From Felis catus (taxonomy: Eukaryota), in the NCBI RefSeq assembly GCF_018350175.1, contig NC_058368.1, forward strand, positions 119,600,001 to 119,664,000: a stretch of 64,000 bases of DNA. Direction: 5' to 3'. Below are positions 51,205 through 64,000 of this stretch, in pieces. The notes beneath the pieces were generated by a model. It ran no database searches, was not told the origin of the DNA, and saw only the letters and a program-made list of their open reading frames with translations. Positions within the stretch are counted from its first letter, which is position 1; each line of letters starts with the position of its first letter. Made by a program: the position numbers and the translations under genes.

Positions 51205-51282
51205 ATCCTCTAAACAAACAACCGCATGCAAACAAACAAGCAAAAAAAAAAAAAAAAAAGAAGCATTTTAAATCGTTTTATT
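51205..51282 (-). terminator. Candidate distal polyadenylation site
   Basis: Minus-strand AATAAA (51282-51277) followed ~17 nt later by a long U run and GU-rich ttgtttgtttgcatgcggttgtttgttt downstream element. Confidence 0.55.
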
Positions 51283-53016
51283 AGGAAATTCAACTCTGAG
51301 AGCTCAATAAAAATTTATATAAAAAACTGATTTCTGCAGATGTCTGAGTAGAGATGTTGGTTTTAGTCTTTTTAATTGCTACCATGGTACAGTTTAACTC
51401 TTGGGAATTGACATAGTAACAAATTGGGTAACAAGGCCTAATGTGAGCAGTCACTGTCAGATCATACTATATATTTCATATTCTAAAGAGGACTACAGAT
51501 ACAATTAAAGTACAATTAGAGTAAATGCTGGGGAATGTCCTGAAATGACTAAATCATATAAGCACACAGATCCACTCAATGAGAAATTAAAAATGGTCAC
51601 ATTTCAGAACCTTTTACAAAAAGCTATGTAAAGGAGTGACCTAAAAATGACATTGTCAGACTTATTCTTCTACATGAGCAAGGAAAAAAAAAAAGCGCAT
51701 TTTCAGTGAAGTCTTCCCTTCTGATGTAGGAATAATCTGAAGCGTGGGTGTGACATGATACTTTTACCAGTATTCCCATTCCGCTGCGTGAGTAGTATAA
51801 ACATGCTGAGGTAATAGAAAACCACAGAGCACTGCTGTTTTGAAAATTAAAACATATAAAAATAGTAGGACTTGTAGGGCCATTTATACCTAAAGAAAAG
51901 ACTATCAAGTCATACAGCATTATCAAAGATCACAAACTGAAAACTGTAAGCAAATTTATCATCAAACTCTATAAGGACCTTTGTTTGATTTATATTTACT
52001 TGGAGAAAAAAAATGAAATAATCATATTGCTTTGTCTACTTTTAAGATAATCAGAGTAACTCAAGTAAGTATATAAATTTACAAGTATCTTAAATGTTTC
52101 TACTGAGCACTTCATTTGTTTTCTCATTTTTAAAATTCTTTTTGTGCCACTAGTGTTGAAAAGCTATTTAGAACATCTTAATGCACAATCACTCTGCGTG
52201 CTATCAGATTTAGTGGTAGTTTCAGAAATAAGCCAAATTTATATATGCAAGGTAAGCCTAATTAGTTAGGCTCACAAAAAATGTAATATCCGATTTTCAG
52301 AACCTAATGTGCTCAAGAAAGTATTTGTGCTTTTAAATTAGGAGAACAGCTCTGTATTTAATTAGGCCTCATTTGAGGACATAATCATTTTAATTTATTT
52401 GCACAAACACAGGACACTGTGCTCCATCAGCAGACAATGTTCTTCATTAACTAAAGAAGGGACTTTGTGCACAAGGGTAGACGATGTATTCCTACCTGTG
52501 ATGCAAGATCCTAACTGCACACTGCTAGATTTCATTCTTCAGTTTATAGTCGCCATTCTGAGACATACACTGGTCAATATAAAACACTTTTAAGTAAGTA
52601 CTCTGCCAATCCCTAGAAATCGATAATATTTAATGTTTTATTTTACCTATTTCCCGGTTATGAGTATTCAATTATTAAAGAACAAAGAAGCTTATTGAAA
52701 TTCAAGTAATAGTAATGTATTAAAATTCAAACTTCAATAATTAGGATGGTGGTAAAGTTACAAATCAATTATGTCTTCACTGGTGGTGTAAAATATTAAT
52801 ACCATATATTGTACAGAGTGGTGAGAATAGGTTTTACTTAAGCTGTTTGAAAGTAACTACTGTACTCTTGACAAGCTAATGATATGATAGGTCATTCTTA
52901 TCTACTATTCATAAAAGCACAGGATCCAAACAAGATCCGATTCTTCCTTAGGGCATTCACAACAAGCTTTGATATCTTGTTATTTCCATTCCTTCCCCCA
53001 AATCCTAAATACATCC

Positions 53017-53047
<31 letters not shown>

Positions 53048-53142
53048 AATCTCTTGTTAACTACTGTAACTCTTTGAAAAGGTACTTATGTTTTTGCCTA
53101 ACTCTAAATGTTTATAAAATATATAAAATGCCCTGTGAGTGA

Positions 53143-53220
53143 GATATATATATAATATATACATACACACAATTATATATACACATTACTGTTATATGTT
53201 ATATATACATATATACACAC

Positions 53221-53262
<42 letters not shown>
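53143..53262. repeat. (TA)n/(CA)n microsatellite; A28 homopolymer nearby at ~53018-53045
   Basis: Directly visible. Confidence 0.9.
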
Positions 53263-53263
<1 letters not shown>

Positions 53264-53984
53264 TGTTATTTATTTGTCTCACAGGGCAAGTTAAGAAAAT
53301 TGTCTGAGTCATTACGTCAGCTCTGCTCTATACGAGAACAGGCAGATCTCCAATGTACTCCCGAATTCCCACAATTCTCCACAACTAGGTCACAGTACCC
53401 TATAGGAGAAGATTATAATTTCTAGAGTTCTCCTTTTGCCCAAAGCTCTAAATTCTTCCATTTATATGGAAAAAAGTGTATAACTTCAGAAAGGAAAGTC
53501 TCCTTTTTTTTTTTAATAGGTAATGAATACTATAAAAATAATGCATAATTTGATCTTCAGAGACAACTGTCCTTACTTAGCTTTGGAGTATATTTGAGTT
53601 GAGCAATGCCCATTAAAGCTTACAAATAAACTTGGAAAATGTCAATGCACAGTACTTAAATTCTACCTGAAATCATGTCGTTAGATACATTTTAAAAAAT
53701 TCTCTTTGACTGGATGCTTAGTACGTGAGGACATAATTAGCATTTTAAGATTTATAGAATTTTGCACCATCTTTATAACTGTGTCTGGAGGAAGAATGCC
53801 TCTTCCTACAAGCTTAGTTACATAGCTCTTGGAAGCACCCACTGGTAAACGTGGTAATGTAACATGGTATTAAAAGTCATAAAATATACATTTATACCAT
53901 ACATACAAGCAGTTATCTGTCCTTGATATACATGCATGCATAAGTAAAGTAACACATAACACAGTAGCTCCAGTGAGTGAACTT

Positions 53985-56142
53985 GCAGATCCATTCATGG
54001 TAAATTTATTATCCAGGAACAATCACTAAGTGAGCTTGAAGTTATACTGAGTGTCTCTAGTATTTAAAGGTACATGTATACGGTTTTGGTATAAAATGGG
54101 CCTTACCTAAAAGCAAGCTAGATGCTCTTCTTGTAACTTAACTCAAGAAAGAGAAATCTACTACAATGCCAGACAAAAAAGTTATTACATATAACTTTTT
54201 GAAACATAGTTTTTCAGTTTTTAAAGTATGCATAAATATGGCTACATATATTGCATTTTAAAGAGAAATTTTAAAAGGGAAATTTTGGCTATACAGGACT
54301 CACCAGGTAGCAAGCAAACTCTAGAACTAACCTTTTGCATTAAATACAATTCCACTATAAAGCTGTTTTGACAGGATAACCGTTATATATAAAATGGGTT
54401 TGCACGTAATCATTTTGGAGTTCTATAAGACAAGTAACAATAGTCTCTCAATATTGATTTAAATTAAAAAGTATTATCTTGGGGCTGAGAGAGGCAAAAA
54501 AATAAAACAATTTGATCCATTTGGGGAATCTGGCTGAAGATTAATGGCCTAAGTCTAAGCAACAGTAGGGAAATTTAATTCCCAAAGCATCCTCTACACT
54601 GATCATTGGGAAAAACTGGATATTCACAGAAGGCACTCATTATATCTACCTTAACAATATTAGTGTGTATTTATAAAATGAACTGAAAAAGACAAAACAA
54701 ATACTATCCACGGATTACAATAAAAAATACTCTAAAACACTTTGGTATGTTTGAAAACCCAGCCCAAAACAAATTAGTGAGAGTATTCCTCTAGGAAATT
54801 AAGTATTAATGAAGAAAAACATATTTATATGATTCCAGAGATCAGAAATCATGATCTTACAAGAAATGTGTTTTATTATCTTAACCTCCTTTTATGATTG
54901 AAAACTAACTTTTAAAAAGAACCATTAACATCAGTTTGGTGTTTGTTTTTATTTGGTCTGAAAGTCTCCTTTTTTGAAAAAGGCAACATTTTCCTTCCCA
55001 TAAGGCATCTTTCTCACAACTGTAAATGAGCCTGTCCAAAAATCAGAGGCAGTTTTCTTCAGAAAAAGCCAATGCTATATCAAAATACAAGATATAGCAT
55101 TTTCTCATAGATTCTCTGGCAAGAGAACATGACATGAACCAAATAAATTTAATACAAGGAAATAATGTTGTAACTCAAAGTACATTGCTTTTCATTTAAT
55201 CTCTTTTCTGATTCTATACTAAATGACTTCTATTCTTCAAGCTTAGAATAAATTATGAATACAAGTTAAAACCAGAACCTAATTAAAGAAAATGCGACAC
55301 CGAAAACAGCAAAAGTCAACTCAACACAGTTAAAACTGGGAAAATTTTAATTACTAAGCATCAAATGCACTTTACATTGATAACTGCAGTACTGAAACTG
55401 TGACGTTTTAAATCTTTTTCTCAAAAAAGGTTAGTGATTTTCTTTTTCCTAGGAAACATGGAGATACGACTATGAACATTAATGCGTTCAGTCTAGGTCA
55501 CTATGGTTTAGTTCATGCTAACCTCAACAGGTGCTCACACTTCCTGTCTACAATCAAGTAGACTAGGAACTTGCTGTCTTGTTGAATTTTAGCAAAAACT
55601 CCATGAGATAATTTAAAGGAATGTCAAATTTGTGCAGGGCAAACTCATAAAACTCTACATTGGGATCATTTTTTTGCTTCAAGTGCATCTAACTTGAGAA
55701 TACAGGCAATTTTTCTTTCCCAATCCCTTGGAAAAACATTTCTGCAGTAAATCTTGTGTCTTCTTAACCAAGACTGGGTTGTTTTTAAGAAAAGATTATC
55801 AGCCCTGTGGTCAGTTTCCCACAGTTGATAAAAATCTATCAAAAACATCTTAATATAATTTGCAAGAAAAAAATCTGTTTTTCAAAGGCTGCAGAACAGG
55901 AAAGAAATAGCACTTCTTATTGGTATAAGCACAAACATTTAAAGCTAGTCATACTGCAAGTAAATCCAACATAGTATTCAAAAGTTCTATAAAAATGAAC
56001 AAAAGATGTATGTTTACTTCCACTGCGCCAATAGTCAAACGTTAGATCTGCACGGGAGTTGCACTGTAGCAGTTCGCTGGTCCAATATAAGAGTTCAAAG
56101 TCCTTTTGGCTCAATGGTGTCCACATGCCAGATCAATTCAGT
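53985..56142 (-). other. YIPF5: YIPF5 3' UTR (proximal form, end approximate)
   Basis: AT-rich unique sequence without interspersed repeats after the stop; minus-strand AATAAA at 54010-54005 (others near 54872-54877 and 54948-54953). The exact end cannot be fixed from sequence. Confidence 0.6.
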
Positions 56143-56355
<213 letters not shown>

Positions 56356-56561
56356 TTAGATACGTAAGAATATAATAATAACCCAATTCTAAAGAAAAGC
56401 ACTTTAAATCCACATTGTACACATCTGAAGAAACGGTCAAGATTTTGTTTTCAAATGCTAAAATAAAGTACCTCACAGTGAATTCAATAATGCTGAATCA
56501 TTCACATCCACATTCAAAAAGCTCATTTATAATTACATTTTATGCCTGTCAGCACAGGAGC

Positions 56562-56749
56562 CAGGTTTCTCAATGTTGGCATCACTGACATTTGGGATGG
56601 ATGCATTTTTGTTGTGAAGGGCTGTTCTGTACATTGTAAGGCTGGTCTGCAGAACCCCTGGCCTTCAACACTTTTGCATCCCCCAAAATTACTTCCAGAC
56701 CCTGCCAAATGCCTCCTGAGGGCAAAACTGCTCTGGTTAGAAAATAGTG
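56562..56749. mobile_element. MER20-like hAT fossil in the last YIPF5 intron
   Basis: tttctcaatgttggcatcactgacatttggg...gggctgttctgtacattgtaag...ccaaatgcctcctgagggcaaaactgc. Confidence 0.75.
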
Positions 56750-57611
56750 CATTCATAGAAAATCTCTTTTGTAAAATTCAAATATAAGGGTACCAATCTC
56801 AACAAATGAAGAGTCAAGGTTTCTACACTGAAAATCTGAAGCATTTTTACGCAAAGCAGAAACACTGTGAGGCCATCATCTTGCCAAATCTCTAGTATCG
56901 AAGAGCTGATACACGCTCTTCTCCTAAACCTCTCCTTTAACTTTCCAAGTGTAACAAAGCCTCATCACTGGTTGTGCCAGGCACTAGCCACAAGGAGGAG
57001 CCTGAACTGTTGATAAAGAAGCTGCAAGCTATGCTGGCTGTGAGCAGAGAATTTATCAACAGGAATTTACACCTTTCCTTCTCACCTTACCTAAAACATT
57101 ATTTAACAAATTACACACTTAAAGCTGCTTACATATACATCTGAGAACATGGTAGGCTACTAACAGCCTCTTGCCATAAAAAGAATGCTTCATTTTCACT
57201 TAAAAAGCTGCCAAGTAGACAGTATGTGTTTTATTATTCATTCACTTAACATATGCCCAACATCTTTAAGAAATTAGCTATAGTCTAAAAAATGTGAGAG
57301 ATGGAAAGTATAATTTTCACAACCTGATCTTTTCATGCAATATTTGACTTAACAATCACTACTGTTCAGTGCCAAGTAAACACAAAAGTAGTGGAATTCT
57401 TTATCACAGATAAAAGCAGAGATGGTAATAAAAAAATTTAAATTTATTCTTAGTTTCATTATTTATCACTGAAATTAATGGAGGATAGTCCTCATTCACA
57501 ACAGGCACTATCTCAAGTTTGATGAATTAGTGATTTATCTTAAACTGATGGTGAGGGAAATCCTACTACAGAGAACTGGTCAATCAACCCCCAAATAAAG
57601 ATCAGTACTTA

Positions 57612-57794
<183 letters not shown>

Positions 57795-58449
57795 CTATGG
57801 GTAAAGAAAAGATTATGGGTTAAAAGGGAAAAAAATAAATTATTTTTGGCTTTATTTCACCTAAAAAAGTACATGTGGAAAATATTCTATTTGTGAGCAT
57901 CAAAATCTGTACACGTATCTATTCTTTAAGCAGAGTAGTAAAACACCGATTGGCTATTATACCTTTCTCGGGAAGTCTGAAGTACCTACTTCCCAATATA
58001 CATATATTTGGTTTTTCATTTTCCAGGTAGTATATGAACAATTCAGCAAATAAAGACACAAAATCATGCTACAATCACCTTTAAGCAGTAGACTTCTAAA
58101 AAGAAATCTGTCTGATTTGAAGCAAATAAACTATAGACCCAAGATGGAAAATCCTGCAGAATGTTTGGATAATAGCCAATATCCCTCGAAAGCAACAAAT
58201 ACCACCAAAAGGAGCTAACAGAAAGGAAGTCAGGATAAGCAGGACACCAGGGTTCTATGGGGAAGGGAGGAGAAAAGAAAAATGACGAACAAGCAAGAAA
58301 AATCTAATGGAAGATGTATTTTTCTTTCATTATTTTTCCAAACCATTGGTGGAGTTATACAGTCTTTTGACAAACCAAAAAACAAAACAAAACTGAATTA
58401 CGCTCTTGTAAAAGACATTACTGAACAGACTTAAGACAGTAATGTGTTA

Positions 58450-58649
58450 GGGGCACCTGGATGGCTCAGTCAGTAAAGTGTCTGACTCTCAATCTCAGAT
58501 CAGGTCATGATCTCACGGTTTGTGAGATGGAGCCCCGGGCTGGGCTCTGTGCTGACAGTGCGGATCCTACTTGGGATTCTATCTCTCCCCTATTACGTAC
58601 ACATGCATTCTCTCTCTCTCTCTCAAAATAAGTAAATAAACCTAAAAAA
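58450..58649 (+). mobile_element. Intronic CanSINE (antisense to YIPF5)
   Basis: ggggcacctggatggctcagtcag head through to A tail. Confidence 0.92.
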
Positions 58650-58821
58650 GTATTTCCAAATATATTACATTTATTATCAACGGAGAAGTGATGAATGGGT
58701 ATAATTTCAAGCAACTCAATACCATTCAAAACACATGAAATATCTGATGTATAAACAGTCTCAAAAATGGCTCTTGGCCATTAAAGAATGTTGCTTAATC
58801 TCATACTGAGAGTTTAAACTA

Positions 58822-59004
<183 letters not shown>

Positions 59005-59249
59005 TTAGGATTTGTTGATATATCTTTAGTTTACCAGAATCTATGTTGGAACAGGAGACAGAATGAAACACTCAGCAATATGAGACATTATTTTGGGGAA
59101 TCCTCAATACCAGTCTTCCCTGACTGTGGTGCTTACTCCACAAAAGTCTTATTTCTGCTTTGGTGATAGAAAAAGTGTTTGGATGTGACAAAACAAGACA
59201 TTCTCAGCTACAACTGCGTAAAAAGGATATATGGACAGGGTTCGGAGTA

Positions 59250-59432
59250 AGGGGTTCTTCACCTGGGGCTTCAGCAATACCTGGAGATGCTATGAAATTG
59301 TATATAAAACTGTTTCTATGCACAGGTGTGCATTTTTCTGAGAAGAGTATTTTTTTGATTCATAGCTTTCGTTAGACTTTCAAAGGGTATCCGACACCCC
59401 CCACCCCCCAGCCCAAAATGTTCAGAAGTACT
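59250..59432. mobile_element. hAT-Charlie MITE relic (MER103-like), intronic
   Basis: ggggttcttcacctgggg...gcatttttctgagaagag...catagctttcgttagactttcaaaggg...aaatgttcagaagtactg. Confidence 0.5.
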
Positions 59433-59811
59433 GCTTTATGGGTTTTGGAACAGAATTTGAAAATCACCATATTTTTCAATGACGTTACTAGTTTTGCCAA
59501 CTTCTTCCATATAGAATAATCACTACCATGCTATTTCCTTCCATTTCTTCCACTGACAGAATTGAATCAATAATGTGAAGTAAAAGTCAATGTTCACATA
59601 TTGACCTCATAATCACTTTATAAAGATCTATTAAAAATCTGGTCCCTTATGGTTCAGTGTGGTTTCATATACACTCTGTTCAAAATGGGTTACTTAGTAG
59701 AAAACATTTTTTCTGTAACATTATTCTCTCAAAGGAAGGGATAACTTCTCCAAACTGATTTATTTTCACTAACCAGCTGGACACTACAGAGTACTCTGCA
59801 ACGAATCCTAC

Positions 59812-59984
59812 CTTCTAATAAAGGTGGCTCATCCTCAAAGTTGTTTCCATAGAACGGCTGAGGTGTTGTTGGAGTGTATGCCTGAGCTGGCTGGAAAATC
59901 TGCCCGGTGTATGGCTGTTGTGGCTGCATCATGTCTGGAGGGACAAATCGGCCTTGCTGCGAATAGTCATAGCCAGCATACTGC
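59812..59984 (-). CDS. YIPF5: YIPF5 internal coding exon (173 bp; exon 3 by human numbering), encodes [57 protein letters not shown]
   Basis: Translation matches the YIPF5/Yip1A N-terminal region including the conserved EPPLLEELGI motif. Acceptor ttacag| at 59990-59985, donor |gtagga from 59811; phases join correctly to the next exon. Confidence 0.97.
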
Positions 59985-61005
59985 CTGTAAATCAAAGTTC
60001 CATTTCTGAGAATTACGTCAACAGTGGATATCCCTGAGAGCGAGAGAGTCACAGTCACACAGCTCCTAGGATAGCTACTTGGCCAGTTTTCCTAAATGGT
60101 GTTGAAACGATTACTAGGATCGATATGATTATCTCCAATGGTAAGTTGTCAGTGTTTTTCAAAGAATCTACTTGATGATGCCAACACTCCTACAGCGCTT
60201 AAGAATTTTATAAACTATGAAACTTTTAAAGATTAGGTGGTCAAAAAATGAAAACTTAGAAATCTTATCTATTTCTCCCCCTCTAGTAGTATATATAATA
60301 TAAAGATAGCTGAGGAATAAAATTTATACCTAAGACTATGGATGAAAACTGAACATGATAGACTTTGTACTACAATTTATGTAATTTCCCACTGTGGTTT
60401 GACTCTCCATTGAATGTTCAATCATTCTTCTCTACTCTCTGTAATATGTTATTTTTTTCCAAGTGTGTAAATCTCTCTAAGAATAACCATCAATTTCAAA
60501 CACAGAGTGGAAAAATTCAAGCCTCTTTCTCGAAAGCTTTCTGAATATAACAAAACATTATTAGTATTACCTTGCATTTTAATAGCACTTTCAATTTTTC
60601 AAAGTAGGTATACGCTTACTGTCTCATTTGATATGTGCTGTAGTAAAATCCCGCACTGTAGAAAAAGAGGCTTTACCATGGCTATTTTACTGATGAAAAA
60701 AAACCAAAAAAAAAACAGTGAACAGAAGGACATTGAAGCAGTATCTTTAAAAACTTGTTTTACCATGTTCTGGGGAAAAATATGACTTACCCATCAATGG
60801 GACTAATCTAAATACAAAGTAAGAAATACAGAAGTAAAATAATTATTTTAAAAAGAACTGAGAAAGCTTAAAGATCCTTTAATTACCTTTTAAAATTCTA
60901 TAGTTTCCTTTTGATAAATATAAGACTAATAACTGCCATGAATATTACTTGAGATTTTAAAATTAAATCTTAAATTAACTGAACATCTTGATTAAAAGCA
61001 AATCT

Positions 61006-61190
61006 GAAGCGCCTGGTTGGCTCACTAAGTTAAGAGTCTGACTCTTGATTTTGGCTCAGGTCACGAACTCATGGTTTGTGAGATTGAGCCCCACAAATGG
61101 CTCTGCTTTGAGAGAGCGGAGCCTGCTTGGGATTCTCTCTTCCCCTCTTTCTCTCTCTAAATAAATAAGCAAGCATTTAAAAAATAAAAT
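61006..61190 (+). mobile_element. Intronic CanSINE
   Basis: TSD taaaagcaaatc on both sides. Confidence 0.9.
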
Positions 61191-61353
61191 AAAAGCAAAT
61201 CCAAATAATGGGAAAATTTCAACTATACATAATCCTCTGGAGAGTCCAATGGGACTCTCATGATTTATTTACCACTCTAGTCCAATCCAAGCTTAAAAAA
61301 AACGTTATTTAGTTTTCTGGCTATATAGTAATATAGAATTCGATGAAGCATTA

Positions 61354-61585
61354 TTTTTTTTTAATTTTTAATTTTTATTTATTTTGAGGGAGAGGGAAAG
61401 AGAGAGAGAGAGCACACATATAAGCAGGGGAAGGACTGAGGGAGAGGGAGAAAGAGAATCCCAAGCAAGCTCTGTGCTGTCAGTGCAGAGTCCAACACAG
61501 GGCTCAAACTCACAAACTGCTAGATCATGACCTGAGCTGAAATCAAGAGTTGGATGCTTAACTGACTGAGCCACCCAGGTGTCCC
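61354..61585 (-). mobile_element. Intronic CanSINE
   Basis: TSD aagcattatttt on both sides. Confidence 0.92.
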
Positions 61586-62657
61586 AAAGCATTATTTTAA
61601 CAGCAAACAATAAAAAACAAAATAAACAGTTATGAGTAAATATCCTGTAATATGGCATAAATTACTATGCGCTTGTTAAAAAAAATGAGGTACTTCTATG
61701 TGAATAAGGAACGATAATCAAAAAAATACTTAGTGGGCAGAAACAAAAAAACCCAATGTTCAGAATAGTATATGCCATATGCACCCACTCTGATTGTAGT
61801 TTTTAGAATACATCTGTATCTATATATTTGAATATGTGTATTTTATACACATATACATACATTACCTATAATTATATAGGCTTAAGAATAATGTAACATT
61901 TAATATAACACACATAATTATATAGGTAAAGGGACTTGGAAGCAAGGGGAAGTGGAGGACTTAATTTTCACATTAAAAACTTCTGCATCTTTAAAACTGT
62001 TGTACATTTATTATTTATCAAAATTCATTCATTCTAAAATATGTTATAGGTAACATATAGGCACATATTAGCTACTGAAAATTTACAAAAATACAAGTCA
62101 CCTATCTGAATGTTACTTTGTAAAGCACAGTTTTAAGTGTTTAATGTGCATTATATCATATTACGTCACTATAACTTTAGGAGGTTGCTTTTAACATCCT
62201 TCCCATTATAAAGATGTATAAACTAATATTTAGGTTAAAATGATTTGCCTTTGGTGGTGCCAAGATTCAAAACTAGACTTTTTGACTCCGGGGACCAACT
62301 TTTAACAATGATAATAATAATCACCTCCAAATCCTAATTTATGGAGATAGCTACAATATCTTTTTTTCCCATATATGTCTTTTTCCATTTTAGTATGAAA
62401 TATGTTGATTTCTATTTACTTAAACATACACACACATATCCCACAGGATTAGCAGGTTGAACTGAATTAGGGGAAGAATTCACATTTTCTGATTTAGCAC
62501 AATATGCTATTATGTTGATCTCTGTTAGAATGTATCATAAATCTAAAACTGGGTTTATGAAACAGCTAGAAAAGCTCCATATGGAGGCTGATACAATCTG
62601 CATCAACAGAATGTATTTTATTCTCTCTCACACAGAAAGACACACACAGAGACAGAC

Positions 62658-62715
<58 letters not shown>

Positions 62716-62763
62716 TGTCTATGCAATAAAAAAAAAAAAAAAAAAAAAAAGAATGGTACAGAC

Positions 62764-64000
62764 CAGTGGTTCTCAAACTCTTTGTCCTTAGGATCCCCTT
62801 TCACTTTCAAAATTTATTACTGGGAAACCCAAATATTTTTTTATTCCTGTGGGATGTATCTGTCAATATTTATCATATTAGAAATTAAAACTGAGAAATT
62901 TTTAAAATATTTAATGGGGTGCTTGGGTAGCTCAGTTGGTTAAGCGTCTGACTTTGGGTCAGGTCATGATCTCATGGCTTGTGGGTTTAAGCCCCATGTC
63001 GGGGTCTGGGCTGACAGCTTGGAGCCTGAAGCCTGCTTTGGATTCTGTGTCTCCCTCTCTCTCTGCCCCTACCTTGCTTGCACTCTGTCTCTCTCTCTCT
63101 CTCAAAAATATATAAACATTAAAAAAAATTAAATATTTATTAGTTCATTTAAAGTAACAATAAACTTTTCATATATTAGCATAAAATTTTAATGAAAGAA
63201 TTACTTTAAAAAATTACTGAGAAAAGTGGCATTGTATCATATTTTTGACAATCTTGGTCCTGTCTGGTTTAACAGAAGACAGCTAAAAATTCTTGTATCT
63301 GCTTCTGTTGTCAGTTTGTGGTAATATATTGTCTTAGTCGAAGTATCTGAAGAAAATGTAGTGAGGCAGACAAGTAGCTGGAAAATTATTTAACAACCTT
63401 TTCAGATTATCATGGATATTCTTTTCATTCTGCATCAAAATTCAAAGCAAGATGGTAGTTTTTTAAACTTAAGTTGCAACAGAGAAGATGGAACAACTAC
63501 TAATAAACATCTTTCTTAAGTTTATTTGAGAGAGAGACAAAGAGTGTGTGCATACACACACACATGCAAGGAGGGGCAGAGAGAGAAACCCAAGCAGGTT
63601 CCACACTGTCAGCAGGGCCCAAGGTGGGGCCTGAACTCACAAACCGTGAGATCATGACCTGAGCCAAAATCAAGAGTCAGATGCCCAACCAACTGAACCA
63701 CCCAGGTGCTCCACTGATAAACTTTTTATACTGTTTCACAGAATACAGTAATGTGCTTTGCACTTTGAACGGATCCTTTCTTTACTCATTTTTGATTCTG
63801 TAACCTTCACTGATGATTTAGAAAATATTAGTATGAGTTATACCTATCTCCCAAATATTAACATATTTAATATAAAAACATATATATGAAGGGTAAGTAT
63901 AAGAAAATCACATTTGTTAATATGACCAGTGATTTCATCAGAAAAATGGTTATTACTAGGAAGCTGACAGTTATGGACAGTTTTCCCAAATCCTCATTTT
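62764..64000. mobile_element. hAT-Charlie family DNA transposon fossil with two nested CanSINEs (62916-63130 +, 63512-63712 -)
   Basis: Starts cagtggttctcaaact (Charlie-type TIR); AT-rich body continues on both sides of the SINEs; SINE heads and tails are directly visible. Confidence 0.65.

Noticed and set aside
53018..53045. A28 run as the tail of a processed pseudogene
   Set aside because: No recognisable retrocopy body or TSD upstream; treated as a homopolymer.
59729..60058. 109-aa ORF as a stand-alone gene
   Set aside because: It is the YIPF5 173-bp exon read through into flanking intron sequence.

Overview
A mammalian genomic window, almost certainly felid, judged from the abundant tRNA-derived CanSINE/SINEC_Fc-type SINEs and a carnivore-type full-length L1. 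About the first 49 kb is intergenic and repeat-rich: SINEs (about 23 across the whole window), a full-length but decayed LINE-1 at ~38447-46143 with two SINEs nested in it, solo LTRs, MaLR LTRs, hAT/Tigger DNA-transposon fossils, MIR/L2 relics and microsatellites. The right end holds the last four coding exons and the 3' UTR of YIPF5 on the minus strand (exons 59984-59812, 58976-58831, 57794-57613, 56305-56143). All splice sites are GT-AG, the phases are consistent, and the frame ends ...ALISVF*; the ATG exon lies beyond the window end. Nearly all other ORFs in the track are repeat-derived or spurious. I found no convincing novel multi-gene system. The best leads are a CpG/ETS/ZNF143-like mini-promoter with a strong minus-strand splice donor at ~2.5-2.7 kb, a SINE-5'/full-length-L1 fusion with a possible 3' transduction, several templated-insertion scars, and a textbook distal poly(A) site that would give YIPF5 a ~4.9 kb 3' UTR. 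Repeat subfamily names are from recall of consensus sequences, not from a search.
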